Shown: positions 12,460 to 26,122, numbered from the whole stretch's first letter. The stretch is 64,000 nt of DNA, filler included, from Reclinomonas americana ATCC 50394 (GCA_048213135.1; 15 parts of 15 records of this genome joined end to end with filler, not necessarily neighbours in it), one strand, 5' to 3'. Notes: generated from the sequence alone by a model not told the origin. A program made the numbers and translations.

Positions 12460-12604
12460 ACAGGCGCAGGACTTCCCGCGTGAAGCCGTTTGTTGCCTGA
12501 AAGCGCCACTGGCGACGGAATGGGTGGAGTGTGCGTGTACATAGAGTATTAACGTATATTTTCCTTAGTGGCGGTGGTGTATAACAGTGTAGGAGGTGGC
12601 GAGG

Positions 12605-14370
12605 TCATTTGGCGGCCGCGGCACGGGTTCGGGGCAGGGGTGCACGCGACGAGCTCGAAGGGGTGGCAATCGGAGGCTTCCGGTGAGCAGCTGGTGGCGG
12701 AGCGTTTGCACTACCGGGTGCGGGTCGCGCGCTTGACGCGGACGATACAGAGCCGGTCCAGCTGGCAGAACGCATGCGGCCGACAGTGAGAGCTGTGTCA
12801 ATGTCGCAAGCGCCCTCGCGAGGCGACGAAGAACAGCTCAGCACCGACGGGCCGCTGCTGGAGTTGGAGGTGGCGGTGGACGAGAAGGACGGCGAGATGG
12901 TCGCACAGTCGTCGGCAGTGGTTGTCACCGACGCAGCTGCAGCGGCAGCGGCGGCGGCAGCAGCAGCTGCTGTGGTGGCGCTGGCCGGAGGTGTTGACAC
13001 GTTCACCAGGTCCTCCACAATCTCATCTGTGAATGTGGCATGTACAGGTGAGGGGAACAAACAGCGAAAAGGCAGAAGGCATCATTGCCAGCTGGTGAAC
13101 ATGTGTGTATACCGAGTGAATCAGCGTGAATCAATCGTCGTCTCCTGAGTGGCCGGCCACCAGCTGAGGTGGCAGCTCGCGGTCGACTCGACGCCTGGCT
13201 CGGTGTCGATGAGGAGCCGGAGCCTGACGCACTGCTGTGGTGATCCGTGGTGGCCGCCAGTTCTGGTTGCACCTGCGGTGATGCAGCGTTGCTGTGCAGT
13301 CGATGCTGTCGCGAAGTAGCACTCTTGTCCGTCTCGGCCACCAGCGCTGAGCGCAGTGGGAGCGGTGGCGCGGAAGCACTGGGATTGGATTGCGCCGCTA
13401 CGTTGGCGGCAGCAGCAGCAGCAGCGGCGGCGGCGGCAGCGGCGGCAGATCCAGCTGCCGACGAAGCGCGATGGTTATTCGGCGCCGCTGTCGACGGAGC
13501 CGTGGCGGAAGTCATGGCCGCCAGCACGATGCGGCCGTTGGAGCGGTGGTCGAGAGGCACGTCACACTGCTGACTGAGCACGATGCGAGGACGGCCCTGC
13601 ACCGACTCGAGGACCGCGTGAGTGACCGGTCCCTCTGTGCGGGTCTGATTGGCAACGTGGCGGAAGCCGAGTGAATCGGTCCAGTAGTCTGCCGCCAGTC
13701 GCTGATGAGACACAAGCAACACACATAGACACAGACAAAAGCGGGGAAGACGCACCCAGCGCAGTGTTGACACATCGGACATTGACACAGACGGCAGCCA
13801 GAGGCTCATCGCGCACCAAAGCCGCCGACTCGACCACCACAATCTGGTGTCCGTCGGGCGACTGCAGCACCACCGAGCGCACGCTTCCGGCCTGCTCTCG
13901 GCTCAAGCCACACACATCGGCGGCCCACGCAGGCACCGACTTGTCCTCGCTGTCAAACTCGCCACTCGTCAACAACGCGCGCAACAACACCATATCTGAG
14001 GCCACGAGCAGCGACTGCACATTCTTTGGTGTCTGTCGTGGATCAGCCGGTGCTTCGTGCTCATAAAAGAGCTCCAGTCGAAAGGCAGACACATGCAGAG
14101 GGGTCGGGAAACGCAGAATCGTCCGTGAGCATGCACACGATGAAGGCAGTGTCTCGCCACTCTGCTGCACGCGCCACCACGGCACAGTGCTGGTCGCCTC
14201 CTCGTGGTGCTCCACCGCCATACCCAGTCGATGAGAGAAGAAGGCGATTGCGGCCGCTGCGTGGAGATCTCGTGAGAATAGGGGAACTCGAGTGGAAAAG
14301 CTCAAACTCTGCACACACCACGATCCCACACTCTCAGTGACACCGCATGGAGTCCAGTCTGCTGTACCAT
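12605..14370 (-). CDS. GLOD4-like glyoxalase (VOC fold) with a long Ala/Ser-rich C-terminal extension
   Basis: Spliced N-terminus MVQQTGLHAVSLRVWDRAAAIAFFSHRLGMAVEHHEE parallels the GLOD4 start. Further matches: FRLELFY, SPDGHQIVVV, PLAAVCVNV, YWTDSLGF and LDHRSNGRIV. Confidence 0.72.
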
Positions 14371-15639
14371 ATTGCACCACCCTCGCACCCGCAACACGAC
14401 TGCGTGAACAACAGAGTCAGTGTGGGCCGCGATTTGTGTGGTTGGGACCACCTCGCATTCACAGAGTCCAGACAAAAAAGAGTTGCATGCGAGACACAGT
14501 GTGTGTGTGAGAGAGAGAGAGAGAGGAGGGCGAGAGGGTGAGGGGAGGGGGACAGGAGAGGAAGGGAGCGTGTGGTGCTGCGGACATTGTGGCCCAACTG
14601 CGACTGACCTCCTCTCGCTGAACGCGTGAAAAACTCGGAATAAATTTGCGCGAAGTGCGCCCCGTCGCACGTCAGCATGTTCAGATTTGCCAAATGAGAC
14701 GGCCGCCAGTGCCGGGAGCGATGCGGGGTCCAGAAAAGAGAGCAGGTGATGCAGTAACCCGCGATCGACACAGAGCGGCGATTTCAGCAAAACGATATGA
14801 ATGTGATTGATATCGTGTGCGTGCGAACAAGATGATGCAATTCGTTCTTTTTTCGTTACGCACGACTCGAGCGCCCCCTCCTCCGTATACAGTGAGGAGC
14901 CCAGACAAAGCTCACGAGACAGGCGCGGTCGATCGATCAATCACGGCCGATGATGAAACAGTATAGTCGATATACTCGTGCTTGCGTGTGTTCGGATTCG
15001 TTGTGTAAATGGAAACGCGGCAGCTACCGGGGAAATAGGAACGATGCTGGCAGAGTCGTGCTGGCGGAATGGGGTTGCTGTTGCACGTGATGATGGCAGG
15101 TCACGCAACAGCGTCGAAATGCGGGCGCGAATCAGAACATTTACCAAATGCGGCTGATACTGGAGTTCCGTCGAGTTCCCACGAGTGGGCATTGAACGGC
15201 GGTGCTCCCAACATTGTTATTCACCACACGCACTTTCATCCTGGACTGCTTGGCTGCGGCCAACACTTTTTTCGCTGCGCGCGAACCAATTCGCGTTTTC
15301 CGAACCGATTTCCGATTTCCGATTGCGATATCCGATTCATTGCTTGCGAAGTCTGTGTTCTCGGACCCAGCCCGCCCAAGTTGCTGCATCGGGGGTGAGT
15401 AGTGCAGCCATGTGTTGGCGAAACTATTGCGGTTGTCTCTCGTTCGAGCTCGTCAGGTTCGAATTCGACTTGTCCTGGCTTCGACGTCGCGATCGACGTC
15501 GTAGCTTGTACTCGCCGCCATCGCCAACTGCAATCTCCGCTATCCCACTGTCACCGCGCTGCCAGCAGCCCTTTGACCCATCTCACACCAGCTTGCAGGA
15601 CGACGCGAAGCAGTCATATTCCATTGCCTGATTGCGCAA

Positions 15640-17790
15640 ATGTCGAAGCGGTCGCGCGATCACGCCGACAGCCGCAGCCGCTCTCGGTCACGCACACCAC
15701 CACGCAAGGCTCGACGGCTCTCTCCGCGCGACAAACTGGCCTCGGCGGCTGCCGCGCGCGAGCCGCCTCCATGGCCACCAGTCATGCACGATGCGCTTCT
15801 CTTCCCGCCGCAATTGCAGGTGAGAGAGCCCAGCAGCAGCAGCTTCAGTTCGCCACTGTTGCATGCCACTGACAGCGCCCGCCACCACCACCACCACCAC
15901 ACAGGGTCTTGCAGAGTCGCCATCTGCTCTTGCTGCACACTGGCAGGCGTGTTGCGTTGCCGACGAGGAGGCCGATGCATTGCGTGCACGACTCACCAGT
16001 GCCATGCGCGAATGGTCAGTCATACGCCTTCACTCACTCTCTCACCTCCACTCCCTCATCCCCTTCCGTTTGCAGGTACGGTCGCGGAGGCAGCGACCAT
16101 GTGTCACCACTGGACGCCGCTACGGCGAGCTTCTTGGTGCAGTCGCCGCAGCTGGCCAAGTCACTCTGCTTGTCGCCGCTGCTGGAGCTGATGGAGAGTG
16201 GAGCGTTGGTGTACCGCGGTAACCGACATCCGTTTGTCGATGTGGCCAAGGAGTGCGGGTCGCCCGCGTCGTCGCCTCAATCGTTGCGTGCGTGCGAGCG
16301 TGTGTGTATAATGTTTGGTGGTGATAGTTGACCCACCACTGCATTCGTCAGACTTCTGCTTCTGTTCTGCACGCTGGCAGAGGCGAGAGAAGCGGCCGGC
16401 GCGACAACGGCAACAGCGGTGCGGCAGTGGATGGTGCAGTTGATGGTGGCGGCGCCGAGTGAGGTGCGACGCGATTTCGTGTGCGCACTCGGCCACTGCG
16501 TGAATGGATCGCGACCCGAGCCCTGGCAGCCGCTGGCACTTCCAGACTTGTCAGTGGAGGCGGCTGGAAAGCTGCTTACCGCTGTGGCGTCGGCACCGCA
16601 GCTGGCGGTGGAGAGCATTGCATACTTGCTGGAGGCGTTCCCGGGACGGGCCGATCGCTTCCTCGATCCAATGGAGGAGGTACGGCGCTTTTCTGCACAG
16701 CTGTGTCACCCACTGTTGTGTTTTACACTGTCGCGCGCACAGTTCCTGCGAAAAGCCACCACGGCCTCTGCGGCACCACTGGTGCGCCTGGTGCTGAGTG
16801 ATGCACTGAGCCACGATTTCAACGTGTCGACCATGGTGCGCTCGCTGCATCGCCGCCTGACACCAGTGCGTGGTGCGTGGTTTGTCGACCTGTGGTGGCC
16901 CGCGATTCTTTCCGAGCTGGCCGTGCAGCATCCGACGGGTTCGCGGCGCCAGCGTGGTGAGTGTGTGCACGGCGGCACCTTCTCGATCGCTTCACGGCTC
17001 ACGCGCTCAATCGTCGCAGCGAGCTCACTGGTCGAAGTCGTGCTTCGAGATCTGCCTCGGCTCTTGTTTGGCGACGACAAGGACGGGCGCGGAGACGAAG
17101 TGTTTGCACGCTTCACGGCACACTTGTTCCACGGCAGTCGATCCTCGCTGGCGCGCGATGTCGTGCTGGCTGCGTTGAGTCAGTGCGTGCACTCACATCC
17201 GCATGTGATGAGCGTGAAACGTATCGGTGCGAGGCGTGCGTCTGCTCTTTCCACTTCGTGTCTTGTGTGCTCGTCTCCTCATCAATACCAAACAGAGCTC
17301 CTGTGTGCCGCCGTGCGCTCCCTTGCACATGCTGCTGCTCTCTCAACCGGCAGCAGTAGCAGCAGCAGCAGCATCCACGGTGACGATGATGCGAGCTCCA
17401 ATGTGTTGCCGGTCATTCGCTACTGTGCGCAGATTGTGGCCGATCGTGTGCGACATCTCATTCCCGTGGCGCTGGACGACTCGGTTGCACGATCTGCGCG
17501 GCTGGAGGCGCAAGAGCACTTGTGTTCCCTCATCAATGCCATCCTGCTGTTCCAGTTGCCTGCGAGTTTCCGCCTGCTGCCGAGTCAACTGCTGGTCGAG
17601 TGTCTGTTGCTGATTGACGCGTGCGAGAGCGCTGCAAGGGGCGAGGTGTTTGCCTCGCTTCGACCCCTGGTGGATCGGCTACTGCGCGCCATGTCCGGCA
17701 TCGCCACCCTCACTGTCCTCGTGCCGCCGTGCAACTCACTCTCGCTCGGCTACTCGCGTCCAGGGTGCGTCTGCGGTCGCCGTTGCCGTC

Positions 17791-17829
<39 letters not shown>

Positions 17830-18772
17830 AATAATTTCTTGCAGTGCCGCGGGATCGGTAGCCGGCATTCAACTCGAGAGCGGCGACCAGACACTGGCGG
17901 ATACCGACTTTTGTGAGCACTTGCTCACGTGCCTTCTCGCGTGGTTCGAGGCACCACATTCAGGAAATCCCTCGCGGCAGACGCTGGAAACACCCGTGAC
18001 GGCGCTAACTGTGGCACTCTGGGTGCGTTTCATCCCGTCGAGCACTCTCAAGGACCTCTGTCTTCGCTGCATGGGGCACGTTGTCAGCGTGCTGTGCTCG
18101 TCCTCTGCATTGCATGTCGCGCAACAGTCCGAGCTGGCGGATCATGTGGCACTGGTGTGCGCCGATGCACTCCTGCATGACAACGGCAATCGTATGCGGA
18201 ATCTGGGGTTGCGTTCATCAACAGGGCGATTGTTGCAGTAGCGCAAGTTGCTGATTTCGTGCACTGTCTTTCCCTGCTCGTCAGACTTCAGCAAACCGTC
18301 CGCAGCCTCACTGCGCTCTCTGGGAGCGTCGCCTGTCACTTTATCAGTGTGCTGCTAGCGCAAGTGCGGCAACTCGTGCTGACCATGAGCCAGTCTCGCG
18401 CGACTGCTCGTCGTGGTCTGGCGTAACGCACCATTGTCTCCGTGCTCTGTCGATGGCGGTGCCATTGACTCTTTCCGTCTTCGCGCAGAACTCAATGTCG
18501 GTGCGCTATCGCGCTTGCTCGGCGAGGTGGTCCGTGAGGTCGCAGATGCGCAGCGAACACCTGCTGCAGCCGACGAGGTGCGACAGTACGTCAGCTCGCA
18601 AATTGAGCATTTGTGGGTACAAGGTTCCGTCCCTCGCGCGCCGCCTCGTCTAATGTGCGAGGACCTCACGTGCTACGTATCAGGGGCAAGTCGAGGCGAT
18701 GCAGTGGCCGATCTCGAGACCGTGATTACCGACCTGCACCGAGTCGTCGGCGACTCTGCGCAGACAAGGTGA
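15640..18772 (+). CDS. Large hypothetical Leu-rich alpha-helical protein with an RS-rich N-terminus, multi-exon
   Basis: MSKRSRDHADSRSRSRSRTPPRK start, long exons with regular GT-AG introns, and stop after VVGDSAQTR. No family recognised. Confidence 0.65.
17793..17828. repeat. (GT)n microsatellite, intronic. Similar tracts at 28115-28215, 33210-33243, 50229-50268 and 59177-59217
   Basis: Direct dinucleotide repeats visible in the sequence. Confidence 0.95.
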
Positions 18773-18997
18773 GACCAAGGCGCAGCGAGTTCTGCACGCG
18801 TCAACCCGCGACTGACACGCTCGTGCAGCTCACAGCCACCGTTTGTGCGATTCACCAGACGACTCGCATGGGTAGAAAAATCCACAGCCGACTCCAGCAG
18901 GAGTACTCACAAATAATAGCAACTACAACATTGTTGGACCCATGCATTGTTATTCTTTTCCCTCCCCACCGAACCACGTGCACGGCTCCGCAAACAA

Positions 18998-21995
18998 CTA
19001 CTTGTTTTGGAACAAGTGCAGCAACTGCGCGACTTTGCCAGTTGATCTGTTCCACGAAAGCGCCACATCAGGCCGATAAAAAAAAACAACGACAACAACA
19101 GCAACAACAACAGAAGTCATACTCACCCTCCTGAACCAGTGCCTCCGGCGGCGGGAGGCGGAGGTGGCGGTCCAGTGCCTGGTTTCGGTGGTGGAGGAGC
19201 AGCACTGCTACTTTCGGCTTGCTGTCTTCGCTCCTTCATCCGCCGCTCCAGTTCCGTTTCACCGGCTGCAGAGCAAACAAAGTCAGCCACGCTGTCGACA
19301 CAAACAACAGGTACATCAAATGTCGACGCACGGGAATCACTCGAGTCGCTTTTTGGCTTGGGTGCTGGCTTCAAAATAGGTGCCGGCCCAGTAGGCATCG
19401 GCGCACCAGGCCTGGCACCAAAGGCACTCGCCGACGGAGACGCTGGCGTGGCGGGTGTGGACGGTGCCGACGGGGTGCTGGGTGACGCAGTGGAGAATTT
19501 GGATGCAGCATCCGCGAATTTCGGAGACGGCAAGGGCGGTGCGACACGAGACGACGGCGGTGGTGGTAGGCCGGCGCTACCCGCAGCTGCCGCAGCAGTG
19601 GCTGCAAGAGCAAACACATGAGCAACGCTGACGGAGGGGGAAGAGAAAAGGCAGTACGCACGTGGTGTTGGCGGCAGAGGCCGATCTGGTGGCTTGGAGG
19701 AAGAAGAGGTTCGAGACGAGGACGACCCATCACTGCCGTCGGTCGTGGGTGGCGCATCATGGACTGCCTCGGACTTGCTCCGCGAACGCGACTGTACCGG
19801 TGGAGGCGTCTCGGGAGGAACCGCGCCACGAAATCCTTCGGCTGACGATGCTCGCCGTGACGCGTCATTGGCGGCGGCGGCGGCGGTGGCGGCAGCAGCA
19901 GCAGCAGCAGCAGCGGCAGCGCTGGGCGTTGACAGTGTCGGCGGTCCAGTCGCCGCTGGTTGTGCAGAGACTGCGGGCGGTGCTGCAGCGGTTTCTTGTT
20001 GCTACGCGACAGAGAGGAAATAGACGAGATTTTGAGTAACAGCCGGCGTGGCATTCCCTCCCTCCTCTCTGTCGCCGTACCTTGGAAGCCGCTGCAGGTC
20101 GTGTCCACTGCGTCTCTCCTGTTACAGGATTATGATAGTAGGATTCGCCGGTCTCGGCCGGATAGGCTAGCCAAGGGGCCGGGAGTGGACTCTCACTTCG
20201 ACTTGCAGCAGATGGCGATGACATTGCAGACGAGACGGGTCGTGAGCCGGCTGGTGTGAGCATTTGACTGGACTGTGGGGCCAAGCTACTTTCAAACGAG
20301 CTCCGTACACCACCGTAGCACGTTTGGAGGAATTCCATGGAGAAATCCTGCATGTCCACAACTGCCATCAACGCTTCTCGGTACAGCCGCTCGCGATCTG
20401 TGTCATGAGACAGGGGCGACCGCGAGAGTACAGTCAGAGTGGAGTATATGAAAAGGCGCAGATGCTAACGAGCGCACCGAGGCCAATGTCGGCAACTGCT
20501 CTTGCAGTCTCGGGATCGCTCGGCAGAACAGGAGGCGGGTCGTCATCATCGGTACCCACGGTCGGCATTTGCAGACTGGAAATGTACAGATGGTTTGGGT
20601 TGTCACGGTTGTCCGAGGAAAACACGCAGCCGTGCGTCAACCGCACATACTGCCGCGTCGCCAAATCTGCCACATAACAAACAGCGATTCAAAAGAGGTT
20701 CTACCCTGATTTGCCGCGAGCGTATCGAACCTGCATCAAAGTACTCCTCCAGCAACTCGGAAAACGCAGCACCCTCCACACACGCCGCCACATACAGTGT
20801 ATCGTCGCCCAAGTGCAACGCAATACTCTGCTCCGTGTGCGCCCATCGTCGCAAATTCCCAAACGGCACCACGCTTAGTACGTTCTGTATACATGGCACA
20901 GGAGTCCGCGCAACTCGGTCAGTGCGGGTGATATAAAATGCAATGAAAGACAAAACCACCACAAACCCCCGACGCGGCATCCACACGCAGCACGGCATCC
21001 TCTCGTACCAAGACATACGCCGGTGCGCTATACTCGACCTCCGGCAGTCGTTCTGTTCTCAATTCCTGCACAGACACACACGCAGCACAGTCGCTGTCAG
21101 TGTACCAAGAAATCAAGCAAGCGAGAGAGTAAGAGAGTGAGAGCGAAGTGTACCAGCACTGGGAATCTGTGGTAGCCGTAGTTTGGCGACGTCTCACACA
21201 GCCAGATGAAATCCGTGATGCAGTCTATGCGACTGCGTCCCGCAAGAGTCGCAAAGGCCAGCTGTTGTGATTGCACCACAGTCGGTGTCCGTGCGTGCTC
21301 CTCGGGCACAAACTCGAGAGCCCTGCGGTCGCTCACCGCGTGAGCACAACGGGAATAACTGTCTGACTGACCAACAACACTGCACACCAACCGTGTTCTG
21401 TCATTCTGGCTCTGCGCGTAGAGTGCACTCAGTTTGAAGAACTCGTCCCTGGAGAACCGCAAGTCGCCGTTGCGGATGGCGTTGGTGAGCTGCAACAATC
21501 ATACTCGTAAGGACACCGATGAGAGAGGCAGTGGCCACACGCGAACAAATAATAATCACCTGCGCAAACTCGGCCTCGGCCATCGCATCCCGATACTCAA
21601 TGTCTTTCTTCCGCCGCACATACAGACGCCTGCACAGCAGCAAGGTCTTCGACACATCGTAATCCTCGAGCACTTTGCCCTTGTCCATCCACGCTGTGAA
21701 ACAACACAGTGAGAAGCAGTCCCCTAGTCGCGAGAAATCACTTTCTCGAGGTGTCCCGCAACTGCGCTCTGGCAGAAGCTGCAGTGAGTACCACAGCGCG
21801 AGGTTGTGATAGTCGCTGGTCGAAGGGCCATCGGCTGTAAGCAAGATGATGATCAGAAGCAGCAATTCGCATGGATCAACAACACCAACGACAACCACAC
21901 AGCAATGACAGAGAAGAAGATGAAGAAACACAACCTGACTCTGTGTGTGCGTGTTACGTGAAAGTCACAGACACACAACTCCGCGGCGGACGACA
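18998..21995 (-). CDS. FERM-domain protein with a WW domain and Pro-rich tail (5' truncated)
   Basis: FERM-like blocks WMDKGKVLEDYDV, AEFAQLTNAIRNGDL...FKLSALYAQ, FIWLCETSPNYGYHRFPV and VPFGNLRRWAHT. WW domain PLPAPWLAYPAETGESYYHNPVTGETQWTRP. Ends GKVAQLLHLFQNK*. Confidence 0.8.
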
Positions 21996-22095
21996 NNNNN
22001 NNNNNNNNNNNNNNNNNNNNNNNNNNNNNNNNNNNNNNNTTAATTAATTAANNNNNNNNNNNNNNNNNNNNNNNNNNNNNNNNNNNNNNNNNNNN

Positions 22096-24111
22096 TGTGT
22101 CGCAATGCGGACCATCGCTCGAGCCCCTCGAATGCTTCGGGCCTGCTGTTTGCTTCCATGTCGACACCGGCCTCGACTGTTCTGCCTCTACTCCTCCTCG
22201 CGATCGCCCATGCTCTCCAGCAACGACGCGGCATCGTGGACCACCATGTGACCGCTCTCCGTCGGCTTCTCGGCCTGCTCCGCTTCCACATATTCGTCCT
22301 CCTCCTCCTCCTCCTCGGCGGCGGCGGCGGGGGTCGGCGATGTCCGCTGTCCCCAGTCGCCGTTGCTCTCGGGTGATCGCACGTCGGACAAGGCCGAGAC
22401 AGTGGTCGCGGCTTCGTCGCCACCTTCTTCCTCGTCTCCTGTGGCTTCGTCTCCAACAACGGCATCACCTCGCTCCTCGACGTCGGCCTCTGCTAGTTCC
22501 GGAGAATAATCTCCTTTGTCTTCAGCGCCGTCATCGCCGCCAGCGGCAGCTGACAACTCATCATCCAGTTGCTGTTGCTGTTGCTGATGGTGGTGGTCGT
22601 GTAATCTGTCAGCCACTTGATCCACATTGAGCGAGTCACGTGCACTGCGGTGTGATGGCGACGATGCGGCCGACGACTGCTGCAGTGCTTGCTTGAGCAC
22701 TGCGTTCTCCTCACGCAGTCCGCGCAACTCGCGTCGCACTTCCACCGTATCGCTCGACAGCTCCAGCTCCCGCAACTGCCGCAGCGGGAAGCCGATCGGC
22801 GTGAGAAAACAGCGGCACTCTGCTTGCGTTCTCCTCGCCACCTTACCTTGTTTTGATACTCCTGCTTACGGGTCTCCAACTCTACCAGCAGTCGACTCTC
22901 GCGGCGGCTGAGCCTATCGATCTCGCGCTCCAAGTTCGCGCGCAGCAAATTCTCCTCATCTGAAGCTCCAGAGGCGTTGCTGCAACACCAACACACAAAG
23001 CATGAGTTCCTCGCCGTCCTCTTCCCAGCCGCAAACACCACCATCACCCACCTTTGTGCTGTGCGCTTAAACAACGCCACCGTTTTCTGCAACGTGTGAA
23101 GACTCCTCACCAGCTCCACGTTCTCGAGTTTGACGCGATCATTTTCCTCTTGCAACACAGCATCCGACGACTCGGATGAGAGGGATCGCACATGGCCATT
23201 TCCGCGATCCAGCGCGAGTGGCACACTGAGCGACCCCGATGCCGAGGCCGCCAAGGACGACGAAGATGATGATGACGGGGCGCTGGCATCTTCTTCCGAC
23301 TGCGACCGATGCACTCCCGAGCGTGCGGCAATGGTGGTCGGCGGCGATTTCACCACCGACAGCACTGGTGACACGGCAGCCTCTCGTGCCTCGCGCATGG
23401 CGCGCAGTTGTTGCACCGTCGGCCGTGACCTACAGACGCAAGTACACTTTCAGGTCTTGTACAACATGCATCGGTGCGGTGTCACGCACGCTCACCGTAC
23501 GGGCACAGCGCGATTGATTGCCGACCCACCACCGACGCCATGGTCGACTCCACCCGCACTTCCAGCGTCGCGCGTCGGCGACGTGCGTGTGGACTCCTCG
23601 GGACTGACGGTCGGCTTGACTACTTGTGTTTGGCCGAGAGCCACCGCGACCGCAGGGTTGTCAGTGGACGCACGAAGAATGGCAGTCAGCCGCTTGATCT
23701 CCCGCTTGTTTCTCTCGTTCTCATCCACAACGCCTTGCAAGTGGGCCTCCAGCTTGAGCTGCACCCATGCACGGCATTGAAATGAGCAAAGAAGCGTCGA
23801 GTTGACGATACCAACGAGAAAGAGGCGCAACCTTCTCGTGGTACAGCGCTTGTGGATCATCGATGGGCGCAATACTCGCACGAACTGCCGGACCCGCACA
23901 CAGTCGTCAACTCGGAGTTCAGAGAGAGAGCAATCAGGTCACCATCACAGACGCAACTGTCGGGTCGCACAGTGGCCTCATCGTCGGCCGGTTGACTCGA
24001 CGGATGCGGTCCGAGTTGTGATGACGGGTGCAGCGGGTTGCGCACACGCACCCCGGGTCCGCGAAGCGGACCCATGCTCGCACTGCTGGACGAGCGATTG
24101 CCACCGTCGCC
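22096..24111 (-). CDS. Coiled-coil protein fragment, possibly the 5' part of the FERM-WW gene
   Basis: Heptad-rich exons LQEENDRVKLENVELVRSLHTLQK, NLEREIDRLSRRESRLLVELE and VRRELRGLREENAVLKQAL. Both ends meet spacers. Confidence 0.6.
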
Positions 24112-24211
24112 NNNNNNNNNNNNNNNNNNNNNNNNNNNNNNNNNNNNNNNNNNNNTTAATTAATTAANNNNNNNNNNNNNNNNNNNNNNNNNNNNNNNNN
24201 NNNNNNNNNNN

Positions 24212-26122
24212 CGGACAGTATAAGGCGGCAGTACGCACCAGCCGTTCGTACTCGATGGATAAAGGCCGAAATGAAGCACGCCATGCTCGTCATCTGTTTC
24301 GCGCATGGCGATCGTGTGCGTCAGCCGAGTGGTGGGCAGGAGAGCAGGAAGCAATGTGACTCACCGACATGTAAAACGTCGTTAAACCTATAAAGAACAC
24401 ACCAAAGTCGACACTCGTGAAGAAGTGCTGCTGCAGCACGTACTTGCCGAGCACCACGAACAATGCCGATGCTGCAGTCCACACGACGTGCGGTCAGCAG
24501 GCAGCCCACTCCACACAAACACACACACACACATGATTGTGAGAAACACAGACCGAGGACTCCGATAAAGGAGCCAAACAGCAACCACGTGGACCACATG
24601 GGGCCATCCTGAATTGTGTCGCCGAGAGTAGGGCACGTGAGAACAAATGACAAACAATAAGAAGAGGGCTTCACCCAAATACACACCAAAAGTCCCATCA
24701 TGGCCAACCCCTGTCGCAGCCCGCTTTGCTTCTCGGCAACCACCTGTCTCACGCGCAAGTGTGAGTGGGCGAGGAGGCCGAGTGGGAAGCAGCGTGCGGT
24801 AAACGGGAACAAACCATGTGAAGAATCAGCACCAGACTGAACATGGGCGCGGTGATGAACCAACCCGCGCCACCCTTTGCGACAACTGCACACACACACA
24901 CATACGAACAGTAAGTCACGGAAAAAGAGCCAACGAGCGACGAGGGGCGTGCGCAGCGCAACTGTCGCGATCAATAGGTCTCGCGTCAATCTCCGGGAAG
25001 CCCTCCACGTGCAGCGATATGCGGCAGTTGCCAGGAGCTGTCACAGCCAGCACAATGAGCGGTAGCACAGATGAAGATTGAAAGCAGGCGACGCACCGGC
25101 GTTGCACACGTTGTTTTGGCTGTACTTGAGAATGTGCGCCTCGGCAAGCGACACAAATGCCTGTGGCGTGCGGTCGTTCGTGACATTGAAGACGGAGGTG
25201 ACCACCGGCAACTCCATGACCCACGAGAACAGCAGGCCTGTACCACACACGTACACGGAGACAAGAAAGATGTGAAACTGCCACATAATGACAGAGACGA
25301 GTCACACATGCACTCACCAACATAGGTAGGCCCCTGGTTCTTTCTGTGCATGTAGTCGACCACGGTGAGTACACGCCGGAGCACTTCCACGCACACACGC
25401 ACACACACATACACAACTTCATAAAGTCTTTCAACTCGGTCTCACTGGAGAAGCCGACGAGGCCTCGCGGAGTCGGATCTGCAACACTCATTCGTCGGGG
25501 CTCCGCGACAACCACACACACACACTGATACAACACACAAAAACCACGCACCATCGAGCGCCTGACTGCGTCTGCGCTCCGCCACCGTCAGTCCAGTGAC
25601 CTGCTGCAGCCAGTGCATCGTGTCTGTCACTCTTGCGTCGCCGTCGGGCGCATAGGCCACTGTCACGCAGTTGGCCTCCTGCACGTGGTACATACTTTAC
25701 TTGCTGTGTCACCCGCCAAGTCAGCAGGCGGCGAGAGACAACGCAACTTTGCACTGTTGCAGAGTGCCAATGTCGGCCGGAGTCACCGAGTCGACTTGTG
25801 CACCGCGCGTGGGATTGATCTTGACAGCAGCAGTAATGTGTGTTGGCATTCTCATCATTGATCTTTTGTGTCAACACACACACACACACGCACGCGCACC
25901 TTTTGCATCAGGAAGATGAGGAAGATGATGAAGACGGGGGCTATGAGGTGCGCCAGTGTCACTTTCAGGCTGCGTGTCTACTCCGACCCCGCAGAAAGAA
26001 TAAGTCAGATATAGTGAGAGAGAAAGAGTGCGTGTGCATCAGCAGCACAAGGAACCCACCCACACGCAAAAGTGCTTGATGCATAGCACCCAGAACTGAC
26101 TGAACCACGCGAGAATCCACAT
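24212..26122 (-). CDS. ABCA-subfamily ABC transporter, N-terminal TMD/extracellular part (3' truncated)
   Basis: MWILAWFSQFWVLCIKHFCVWTRSLKVTLAHLIAPVFIIFLIFL, then VAYAP, GFSSETEL and VVAEKQSGLRQGLAMMGL (ABCA V.EK....R..L..MGL motif). Confidence 0.88.

Noticed and set aside
14690..14775. F-box-like peptide (LLHHLLSFLDPASLPALAAVS) fused to the glyoxalase
   Set aside because: No nearby ATG or splice acceptor, and the best splice to the next exon is out of frame with the GLOD4-like start, which has its own ATG at 14370.
15087..15157. C/D snoRNA (GTGATGA ... CTGA, ~70 nt)
   Set aside because: No terminal stem and only partial resemblance of the guide to rRNA; such boxes arise by chance.
15440..15480. 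tRNA suggested by ggttcgaattc
   Set aside because: The T-arm does not pair properly, and no D-arm, anticodon arm or acceptor stem can be built.
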